A DNA stretch of 64,000 nt, taken from contig CANMWZ010000008.1 in the NCBI GenBank assembly GCA_947501605.1, forward strand, positions 61,255 to 125,254. The letters are read 5' to 3'. Source of the DNA: Planctomycetota bacterium (lineage in GTDB: Bacteria; Planctomycetota; UBA1135; UBA2386). This document shows, piece by piece, positions 19,306 through 28,958 of this stretch. Position 1 is the stretch's first letter. The number at the start of each line of letters is the position of its first letter. Below the pieces are notes generated by a model that was not told where the DNA came from, did no database searches, and saw only the letters and a list, made by a program, of their open reading frames with translations. A program made the position numbers and the translations under genes.

Positions 19306-20189
19306 TCAGCGACCCAGCACCTTCTTCATCGTGGCGCCCAGCACGGACGGAGTGTCGCAGACATGAACGCCAGCGCGCTTCATCGCCGTCTTCTTGTCTG
19401 CCGCCGTGCCCTTGCCGCCACTGATGATGGCACCAGCGTGGCCCATGCGCTTTCCGGGCGGAGCGGTCGCGCCAGCGATGAAGCCGACGATCGGCTTCTT
19501 GACGTGGCTCTGGATGAACTCGCAGGCCTCTTCCTCAGCGGAGCCGCCGATCTCACCGATCATGATGATGCCTTCGGTTCCAGAGTCGTTCTGGAACAAC
19601 TCGAGGCAATCGATGAAGTCGAGGCCCTTGATCGGGTCACCGCCGATGCCGATGCAGGTCGATTGCCCCATACCCGCGCTGGTCACTTGCCAGACGGCTT
19701 CGTAGGTCAGTGTGCCACTGCGCGACACGATGCCGATCTTGCCCGGACGGTGGATGTAGGCCGGCATGATGCCGATCTTGCAGCCGCTCTTGTCAGTCAC
19801 CGGCGTGATGATGCCGGGGCAATTCGGACCGATGAGGCGCGTCTTGCTGCCATGCATGTAGTTGCGCACCAGGGCCATATCCGCAACCGGAATGCCCTCA
19901 GTGATCGCGACCACGAGTTCGAGCTCCGCCTCGATCGCTTCGCAGATCGCATCGGCCGCGAACGCCGCCGGCACGTAGACCACCGAGGCCGTGGCTCCGG
20001 TCGCCTTCTTTGCGGCCGCAACCGTGTCGAACACCGGCACCCCGGACTCGGTCACTTGGCCGCCTTTGCCCGGAGTCACGCCGCCCACCATCATGGTGCC
20101 GTAGGCGAGCGAGTTCTTGGTGTGGAAGGCGCCGGCTTCGCCGGTGATGCCTTGGACTAGGATCTTGGTGTTGCCGTGGACAAGAACGG

Positions 20190-20193
<4 letters not shown>
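19306..20193 (-). CDS. sucD: Succinyl-CoA synthetase alpha subunit
   Basis: [43 protein letters not shown] (phospho-His). Confidence 0.98.
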
Positions 20194-21359
<1,166 letters not shown>

Positions 21360-21663
21360 GAGTTGAGGGCGGGGAGGGTAGCGAGCAGGGACTCCCGGTC
21401 CAACGCGGAGATGCAGAATGCGGCCGCCAGCTGGCCCCACTTCGTGGCGCCGAGGCCATCACCGGCACGCCCGTGCACCGGACGGTGGCATGAGACCCTT
21501 GACCGCGCTTTGCCGACCCTGCGGCTCCTGGTGAAGGCCGCGGCGGGATCTCGCTCCGCGACTACTCGCTGGTTCCGGAGCGGTCTTCCACAGCCTGGGT
21601 GGGCCGAGTGTCGATCACAGGCGACGCGGAGGACGAAGCCAAAGTGCGTCCACCCACCGGCCC

Positions 21664-24600
21664 ATGATCCAACGCTGCACACGACGACCGGAAGAAGGGT
21701 TCACATTCATCGAACTCGCGATCGCCATGCTGGTGATGGCCATCATCTCCACGGCCTTGGTCCACCACCTCGCGCTGCATCTGCGCAGCACGGCCACGGA
21801 ACGCGATCGCACGTTCGGCATGAACAAGGCGAACGCAATCCTCAACGAGATCCAGGGCTTTGTCGAACAGGCGCTGCCGGGCCAGGACGGCGACCTCGAC
21901 TCCCTCGATGACGGCATCGTCGACAAGCCCAACTTGACGATTCTCCGTGACCCAGGCGGCAATCTGATGGCCGCGGACTCGCTGGCTTCGGACAACAACT
22001 TCGTCCGCGGCGCCTGGGAATGGACCCGTCGCATCACGGTGCGCCCCTTCCCCGGCGCCGACAACCGCAACCTCCGGTTTGCCACGGTGAGCGTCAGCAA
22101 GCGCGACCCAGGCGGCACGCTGCGCGTCGTCGCCAACCTCAGCGCCGTGGTGAACGCACCGAGCACGGCGTTCGCGACCACCCAGGTCTTCGACCTCTAT
22201 CTGCTGGCGATCGAGAACATCCCGGGCTGGTGGGTCTTCATGGACTCCATCCAACCATTCGTCGAATCGACGATCACCGATCTCGAGACGCGCAATCCAG
22301 GCATGGAAGTGCGCACGCACTGGATCACCAAGTCGAGCTTTGGGCGCAACCCGGTCTACCGGCCGCACATCAACAGCACGGTCGACAGCGTCGCGGCGCA
22401 CACCAACGTCTACTACTACCCCGGCCGCATGCCGACCGGCAGCGCGTCGGCCTACTACTACGTTCCAGCCAACATGCACGGCCACCTGTCGGTGGACGGG
22501 GTCGACACTCACGGCTACGACGCCGACCTGAACGAACAACCCTACGCCCTCGCGGATTACTGGAACCACGCGATGCGCTACCCCGACGAGCTTGCACTTT
22601 GGCAGGCTCGCGTAGCGGCCGTCGAAAGGCGCGAAACCGATATCGCGAACGCAATCACCGCTGGGACCACGCCGCCGGAACCCCTCGACGACATGTCCAA
22701 GGAGCCGACCTTCCGGCTGTTCCTGGAGGACCTGAACACCAACCCGTCGAAGTTCAAGAATGCACTCGTCATCAACCTGCACGGCGAGTTGCTGCCGATG
22801 CCGGCGCTGCGCAACTACTCCGACGCTGCCAAAGACCCCGTCAATCTGCCCAACGTGCGCGCGGTCACGCACCCCGAGAAGTTGCGCACCGTGCGCGTCC
22901 CCGCTGGCGTCAGCGAGGACGCCAAGTTCCGCGTCTACGCCTACAACACCCACGAGCCCACGTTTGTCTCAGGCGGTGGCAGCCCGATTCTGTCAGCTCC
23001 GATCGCCATCGAAGTGATGGACCTAGACCTCACCGACGCCGGAGGTCCCACGCTGCTGGCAACGGTAGGCTTACAGTGTCTCGCTGGGGGTGTGGATGCC
23101 AACGTTGACGGCTCGGCCGATGCCTACACGGCGTTCGCAGACGCCAAAGTCGTCGGCACCCCGGGCCTGCTCGCCCGCGAGATGTACTACTCTGCCAGCT
23201 ACGTGAACCCCGGCGTCGGCGAGCGCAAGTTCACGCGCATCCTGCTGTACAACACGCCCTGCGTTGCAACGGAAGTCAGCAACCGCGGCCTCCGCAATCA
23301 GGAACGCAGCCAGCTCTACCGCATGTCGTATGTCCCGTCGCCTTGCGAGGCGGCCCGCGACTTCTCGGTCGACCTCTTCAACAGCACTTCGGGCATCCCG
23401 AAAAACTCGGCGCGGTGGCGCTTTCAGGTGCCGGCCGTGGCCTTCACGACCCCGTTGTTTCGCAACGCCACGACCGACCTGCCTCAGACCCTCAGCGACG
23501 ATGTCGTGGTCGAGGTTCGCACGCGCTTGTGGACCGGCTCGAACCCAGCGACGTCTGGGACGATGTGGCCAAGCTCCGCCCGCAATGCGCCGGAGAACCT
23601 GTCGAAGACCTACACGTGGTGGGCCGACAGCAACAACGACGTGCCGATCACCGAGCGAGCACAGTTCCAAGGCGACCCACGCCACAGCCCCTATCGAGAT
23701 CTGCTGCGCGACCACCAGACCGGGGACCCCGGCTTCCCGACGACGTCGTACCGGCCGACCATGCCGGATGGCTACAACTGGTACTTCGACAACCTGAATC
23801 GAAGCGGCGAAGTCGCGACTACGGATGCCCCGGGACTGAGCACCACCCGACTGGCGGATCGTTGGCGCGGCCGCGTGAACTTTGATGCGCCTCGCCTGTT
23901 CGAACTGCTGCGCAAGGGCTTGGTCACCAGCGACTGCGTCTACACCACGCTGACCGGGTGGTCCTACTACTACCTCGGCATCGGCAACGACATTGGCTAC
24001 GACTCGGCAAACGGATACCCGAACTCGATCCCAGTCAACCTGACGCCCCACGGCGGCACCGGCAGCGGCTTCCACAACAACATCACCAGCTCGCGCACCT
24101 ACGTGCGAGCGGCTGGGGCGGCAACGGACTACTGGTGGAGCATGCCGTGGCTCGGCGAGCTCTGCCCCGACTCCGCCTACGCATCCCAGTGGGCCGCTAC
24201 CGATGCGGACGGAAACCTGGCCGGAAATCTAGTGGCAGGTACCGCCGCGGGTCGCTTCTACCAGCAAGCGATCAACACCGTGCACACCGGCAGCACGCGC
24301 CAGGGCTGGGGCATCGAGATGCTCTCGGCGCACCAAAACACGAACCAAGAAGGCTGCACGTCCTTCTTCAACATCGGCACAGCAGCGAGCACCTTCCACC
24401 ACCAATCCGGAACGGCGAACGGGACGCTGACCACGATCGGTTCGGAACTGGCCGAGAACTACAACTTCCGGATGCCCTCGACGGCACCGATCAGTCGCCC
24501 CTTCGGTGTCGCGACCAACGGCACCGGCACGACTGGAAGCGAGTGGACCCTGTCGCCCTACAGCACCGAGCGCTTCACCGGCTCGCTCTATCGCACCTAC

Positions 24601-25215
24601 TTCACCCACCCAGCCGGCCAGACTGGATCGGGCTTGGTCAAGGTCGTGAACCCAGGTGGCACTGACGCGGCCTACGTGGTGGTGAACGGCTTCGACAACA
24701 CGGTTGAGTCCGGCTCCACCTTCATCGCCAAGTTCGCCGTGCTCTCGCTCGTGCACTCGTTCTTCGAGGCCGGCAGCACCACCAACACCCTCCGCATCAA
24801 GCAGCCACCCCGGGTCGAGATCCTGTCGCCTACGGACATCAGCGAGCTCGTCGATCCGACCGATGTAGAAGTCGTCCTGCGCGCGAACTGGACGCGCTGG
24901 GACTCCGTGACCTACACGGAGACCGGCACCTACGCCGAGGACGAGACGGAACTGCAGTACGTGCTGATGTACTCGACCGACCGGGGCGCCTCATGGCGCT
25001 ACGTGCAAGACAACAGCGCGGCCGCCGCCGGCGTCCGACCGACCGCCCCGACGTATCTGGTCGATGACCTCGGCACCGGCGATGAGGTCTACACCTGGGA
25101 CCTGCCGAGCCTCGACTTCCCGCAGGGCAGCTACTTCCTGCGCGTCGAGTGTTACCGAAGGGACGCCTCGCTGCACTACAGCTACCACCAGACCAAGCTG
25201 TTCGTGCAGCGCTGA
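21664..25215 (+). CDS. Large (1183 aa) prepilin-type N-terminal cleavage/methylation domain protein
   Basis: EEG|FTFIELAIAMLVMAII class III signal peptide with Glu at +5; long Thr/Ser/Gly/Tyr-rich extracellular-type body. Confidence 0.85.
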   Translation: MIQRCTRRPEEGFTFIELAIAMLVMAIISTALVHHLALHLRSTATERDRTFGMNKANAILNEIQGFVEQALPGQDGDLDSLDDGIVDKPNLTILRDPGGNLMAADSLASDNNFVRGAWEWTRRITVRPFPGADNRNLRFATVSVSKRDPGGTLRVVANLSAVVNAPSTAFATTQVFDLYLLAIENIPGWWVFMDSIQPFVESTITDLETRNPGMEVRTHWITKSSFGRNPVYRPHINSTVDSVAAHTNVYYYPGRMPTGSASAYYYVPANMHGHLSVDGVDTHGYDADLNEQPYALADYWNHAMRYPDELALWQARVAAVERRETDIANAITAGTTPPEPLDDMSKEPTFRLFLEDLNTNPSKFKNALVINLHGELLPMPALRNYSDAAKDPVNLPNVRAVTHPEKLRTVRVPAGVSEDAKFRVYAYNTHEPTFVSGGGSPILSAPIAIEVMDLDLTDAGGPTLLATVGLQCLAGGVDANVDGSADAYTAFADAKVVGTPGLLAREMYYSASYVNPGVGERKFTRILLYNTPCVATEVSNRGLRNQERSQLYRMSYVPSPCEAARDFSVDLFNSTSGIPKNSARWRFQVPAVAFTTPLFRNATTDLPQTLSDDVVVEVRTRLWTGSNPATSGTMWPSSARNAPENLSKTYTWWADSNNDVPITERAQFQGDPRHSPYRDLLRDHQTGDPGFPTTSYRPTMPDGYNWYFDNLNRSGEVATTDAPGLSTTRLADRWRGRVNFDAPRLFELLRKGLVTSDCVYTTLTGWSYYYLGIGNDIGYDSANGYPNSIPVNLTPHGGTGSGFHNNITSSRTYVRAAGAATDYWWSMPWLGELCPDSAYASQWAATDADGNLAGNLVAGTAAGRFYQQAINTVHTGSTRQGWGIEMLSAHQNTNQEGCTSFFNIGTAASTFHHQSGTANGTLTTIGSELAENYNFRMPSTAPISRPFGVATNGTGTTGSEWTLSPYSTERFTGSLYRTYFTHPAGQTGSGLVKVVNPGGTDAAYVVVNGFDNTVESGSTFIAKFAVLSLVHSFFEAGSTTNTLRIKQPPRVEILSPTDISELVDPTDVEVVLRANWTRWDSVTYTETGTYAEDETELQYVLMYSTDRGASWRYVQDNSAAAAGVRPTAPTYLVDDLGTGDEVYTWDLPSLDFPQGSYFLRVECYRRDASLHYSYHQTKLFVQR

Positions 25216-25271
25216 GCTGTCCACGGAAGGACTTCCAACTGGCCGCGTCGCCGCTAGCCTCTGCTGGCTGA

Positions 25272-26369
25272 ATGGCCGGGATCCTAGTCTACCAACAGCT
25301 TCGCGAACTCATCGACCAGGGCGCGATCCACAGTCAGCCGGCGATCTCGCGTTCGCAGATCCAGCCAAGCTCCCTCGACCTGCGTCTTGCGACTCGCGGC
25401 TACCGCGTACGTTCAGGGTTTCTCCCCGAGCACGTGCGAGTGGCCGACCGGCTCGAGGAGATGACGCTTTACACCTTCGACCTCACGGACGGAGCGGTGC
25501 TGGAGAAGGGCCACTGCTACATCGTCCCGCTGCTGGAACGCATCGAGCGGCCACTGCCCTATCTGATCCGCGCCAATCCCAAGTCCTCCACCGGGCGACT
25601 GGACCTGTTCACGCGCCTCCTCGCCGATCGCTGTGGGCGATTCGAGACGGTTCCGCCCGGCTACACAGGACCACTGTTCCTCGAGATCGTGCCTCGTAGC
25701 TTTCCCGTCCGCGTGCGCACCGGCCTCTCGCTTTGCCAGATCCGATTCTCGGAAGGTGACGCCCAACTTACTGACGGGGAGCTGCGCGCCGAATACGCAC
25801 GATCGCCGCTGCTGTTCGACGACGGGGGGCAGCCGATCCCGATCGAGCGCGTGCGCTTCGAAGGCGGACTGTGCATGGGAGTGGCGATGCGTAAGGATCG
25901 CGACCTGAGCGGACCCGTCGGCTACGTCGCCAAGCGCTATTCTGGCATCGTCGACACCGCCGTGGAGAACGGCCACGACAGCAGCCTCTACTTCGAGCCG
26001 ATCCAAGAGCAACCACTGGGCCGCATGATCGTGGAACCGGAGGAGTTCTACATCTTCGCCAGCAAGGAGCGCATCCGCGTCCCTCGTCACCTAGCGGCCG
26101 AAATGGCGGCGTATGACGTCGGCATCGGCGAACTGCGAACCAACTACGCCGGCTTCTTCGACAACGGGTTTGGCGGCGACAAGGGCACCCGTGCGGTCCT
26201 TGAGGTGCGGCCCCACGATGTGCCCTTCCTCGTCGAGGACGGCCAGGTGTTCTTCAAGTTGGCGTTCCTCAAGACGCTTGCCGACCCTGAGGTTGTCTAC
26301 GGCGACCGTGCGCTCAGTTCGCACTACCAGGGCCAAGGCCTGAAGCTCAGCAAGCACTTCCGCGTCTAG
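25272..26369 (+). CDS. dcd: dCTP deaminase, long two-domain type
   Basis: QIQPSSLDLRL, ANPKSSTGRLD, FYIFASKE, GELRTNYAGFFDNGFG, VLEVRPHDVPF, YQGQGLKLSKHF. Confidence 0.9.
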   Translation: MAGILVYQQLRELIDQGAIHSQPAISRSQIQPSSLDLRLATRGYRVRSGFLPEHVRVADRLEEMTLYTFDLTDGAVLEKGHCYIVPLLERIERPLPYLIRANPKSSTGRLDLFTRLLADRCGRFETVPPGYTGPLFLEIVPRSFPVRVRTGLSLCQIRFSEGDAQLTDGELRAEYARSPLLFDDGGQPIPIERVRFEGGLCMGVAMRKDRDLSGPVGYVAKRYSGIVDTAVENGHDSSLYFEPIQEQPLGRMIVEPEEFYIFASKERIRVPRHLAAEMAAYDVGIGELRTNYAGFFDNGFGGDKGTRAVLEVRPHDVPFLVEDGQVFFKLAFLKTLADPEVVYGDRALSSHYQGQGLKLSKHFRV

Positions 26370-26398
26370 CCGCCCGTAGGGCACACCGTGCCTCAGTG

Positions 26399-26474
26399 TT
26401 CGGGGATGGGGCGTTCGGGGATTGGGAGTTCGGGGCCGGCATTCGGGCTCGCAGCGATTGGGCTCGCGGCGATC
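26399..26474. repeat. Two adjacent 15-nt-period tandem repeats; G-run array
   Basis: ttcggggatggggcg ttcggggattgggag ttcgggg..., then gggctcgcagcgatt gggctcgcggcgatc, between the convergent dcd and kinase stops. Confidence 0.8.
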
Positions 26475-26518
26475 GGCCGCCCCGTTGCGTCGAGCCTCCT
26501 GATGACTCGCCGGCGGCC

Positions 26519-28177
26519 TCAACGAAACAAGGACTCGACGTCGACTGGGCCGATCGACTCACCACCACGGGCCCCGGTCCCCAACTCCTCGGCCAGCGCC
26601 ACCATCTCACGGAGCGCGAGACCGCGTTCCCGTTCGCGAGCCAAGGTGTGCGCTGCGGCGCAGACGATCTCGTAGTCGCGGACTTCGTTGAGGTGGATCG
26701 CTCGAGCGATCAGCGCACCACCATCGGGATCGATCAACCTCGGTGCAAAGTCGAGCCGGTGGAGGCCACTCGCCAGATCGTGAACCATCGCGGCTGTTCG
26801 GCCTCCCACCTGGGTGCGCCTGGGCTCAACCTGCAACTCGCCGTCGGTGCCGGTGCGGCGCTCCCATACCATCACGCCGGCGTGCCCGTCGATCTCCACG
26901 ACGCAGGCGGCAGCACCAAGACGGGCGACGAGATTGGCGGTGGAAGGCCGCAGCCACCAACTCGACAGTGCGACGACGTACAGCGCTGCAATCAAAGATG
27001 CAGCGATGCGATGCCGGCGCACGACGTGGCGTCCGGTCCGCATGGCGCGGCCAATCGAACCGAGTCGGCTCGCATACGGCAACTGCCCGTCAAGCCAGCG
27101 TTCAAGGTCGTCGCGCATGGCAACTGCGCTCGGGTAGCGGCGGGCAGGATCACGCTCCATGGCTCGAAGGCAGATGTCTTCGAGTTCGCGCGGAATCTGT
27201 CGGCGAACATCGCGCGGCTTGCGGAACGTCCCCTCGGCGACGGATTGCAGCAGCTTGGTTCGCCCATCGTCGGCGAACGCGCGCTGCAGCGTCAGCAGTT
27301 CGTAGAGCAGAAGCCCGGCCTGGTAGAGATCCGTCAGCTCGTCCTTCCCAGTCTTGCCGCGGTAGATCTGTTCGGGCGCGAGATAGGCCACGGTACCGAA
27401 CAGACGGCCGGTGACGTCGCCTTCGCTGTGGCCGATCCCGGCTAGACCGAAGTCGACCAACACCGGGCGCCCGCCGCGCCGCATCAAGACGTTGCCGGGC
27501 TTCAAATCGCGGTGCACGACCCGATCCGGCTGATGCGCGTGCGCGGCGGCCAGCGCCAAGGCCACATCGGCGACCCACAGTGCCACGGTTCGAAACCATT
27601 CGCCGTCCAGTCTCGACGACTCCGCGGCCCTCGCCGGCTCGATTACGCGTTCGACGCATTCGCGGGTCGGCGGATAGACGCCAGCCGCGACCAACGTGCG
27701 CAGCACGTGATCCAGAGATCGACCCTCGACCAGCTCCATTGCCAGGAAGTGAGCCTCCTCATGCTTGCCCGAATCGAGCAAGCGCACGATGCCGTCGTGA
27801 TGGAGCCCTGCCAGAGCACGCTGCTCTCGTTGCAGGTCGCGCAAAATTGCGCTGTCCTCGCGCAGCGAGTGGAACAGCTTCAGGGCCACGTCCCGACCGA
27901 TCTTCTCGTCCCGCGCGCGCCAGACTTTGCCGTAACCGCCGCTACCGATCAGCTCGAGCAGTCGGTAGCGACCAGCAATCAGCGCCTGCGGTTTGTGAAG
28001 CTCGGGGAACACAGCCATCGCCGCATTCGCTGCCAGGCAGATCGACCGCAGTTCGCGCCGCTGCTCCTCGGTCGGCAACCGCTGCACCAGCGCATCCAGG
28101 TCCGGCACGTCCCCGACCTCCTGTGCCGCCAGGTACTCCATCACCAACAAGTCCACTGGGTCGTCTTCGTGATTCAT
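26519..28177 (-). CDS. Hanks-type Ser/Thr protein kinase, single TM helix, short extracytoplasmic C-terminus
   Basis: GSGGYG, VALK, HRDLKPGN, DFG, GTVAYLAPE, DPARRY; TM segment IAASLIAALYVVALSSWWL. Confidence 0.95.
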   Translation of the reverse strand: MNHEDDPVDLLVMEYLAAQEVGDVPDLDALVQRLPTEEQRRELRSICLAANAAMAVFPELHKPQALIAGRYRLLELIGSGGYGKVWRARDEKIGRDVALKLFHSLREDSAILRDLQREQRALAGLHHDGIVRLLDSGKHEEAHFLAMELVEGRSLDHVLRTLVAAGVYPPTRECVERVIEPARAAESSRLDGEWFRTVALWVADVALALAAAHAHQPDRVVHRDLKPGNVLMRRGGRPVLVDFGLAGIGHSEGDVTGRLFGTVAYLAPEQIYRGKTGKDELTDLYQAGLLLYELLTLQRAFADDGRTKLLQSVAEGTFRKPRDVRRQIPRELEDICLRAMERDPARRYPSAVAMRDDLERWLDGQLPYASRLGSIGRAMRTGRHVVRRHRIAASLIAALYVVALSSWWLRPSTANLVARLGAAACVVEIDGHAGVMVWERRTGTDGELQVEPRRTQVGGRTAAMVHDLASGLHRLDFAPRLIDPDGGALIARAIHLNEVRDYEIVCAAAHTLARERERGLALREMVALAEELGTGARGGESIGPVDVESLFR

Positions 28178-28228
28178 GCCGTCACCTGGGGAACGAGGGG
28201 AAGCTGGTGGCAACCCGCAGGCATTCGT

Positions 28229-28867
28229 TCAGAGGGCTGCAATCGCGCCGTCACGGCCATGCTGCTTCATGCAGCGCGCGAGCAGCACCAGGGCGCGCCG
28301 ATGCAGTTCGCGCGCCGCAGAATCCGTGTTCTTGCCGAGCTTCTGCGCCACCTCGAGCCACTCGAGGCCGTCATAGTCGCGCAGGACGATGCAGTTCCGG
28401 TGCTCCTCGGGCAAGCACTCGAGGCAGTCCTCGACAGCGGCCTCCTGCTCGCGCTGGATCGACTGACCTTGCGGCCCAGTGACAGCCCCCGGAACCAACT
28501 GTGCCAAGTTGCCGCTCGCTTCGCCGAACTGCGCGTCGAGCGATTGCAGACCGCCCGGTGCCGTACGCTTCTTGGAGCCAACGCGATCGGCCTCGTCGCG
28601 GATCTGGCCGGCGGCGATTTCCGCGAGCCAGTGAATCAGGCTGCCCTCATGGCGCATCTCGAAGCGATCGAAGATCTGGAACGCCTTGAAGAAGGTCTGC
28701 TGCAAGACATCCCCCGAATCGAGCGAGGCTCGAAGCTTCTGCCCCAGGCGAGCCCGAACCGAGCGCCTTGCCCGTTCGTAGTAGCGTTCGAACAACCGTG
28801 ACAGCGCGTCGCGGTCGCCGCCTTGTGCTTGCTTGACAAGTTCGAGGGTCTGTGTGAGTGGGTTCAT
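28229..28867 (-). CDS. ECF sigma-70 factor (kinase-associated type)
   Basis: GDRDALSRLFERY, DSGDVLQ, WLAEIA (region 2); LPEEHRNCIVLRDYDGL..EVAQKLG (region 4 HTH). Confidence 0.93.
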   Translation of the reverse strand: MNPLTQTLELVKQAQGGDRDALSRLFERYYERARRSVRARLGQKLRASLDSGDVLQQTFFKAFQIFDRFEMRHEGSLIHWLAEIAAGQIRDEADRVGSKKRTAPGGLQSLDAQFGEASGNLAQLVPGAVTGPQGQSIQREQEAAVEDCLECLPEEHRNCIVLRDYDGLEWLEVAQKLGKNTDSAARELHRRALVLLARCMKQHGRDGAIAAL

Positions 28868-28958
28868 CCCGCAGCGTATGTTACCGGCGAAACGGAGATC
28901 GTCGAGCCAAGGGACTGCCGCTCCGACCTGAAATCCCACCCAACGCCACAAACAGCCC

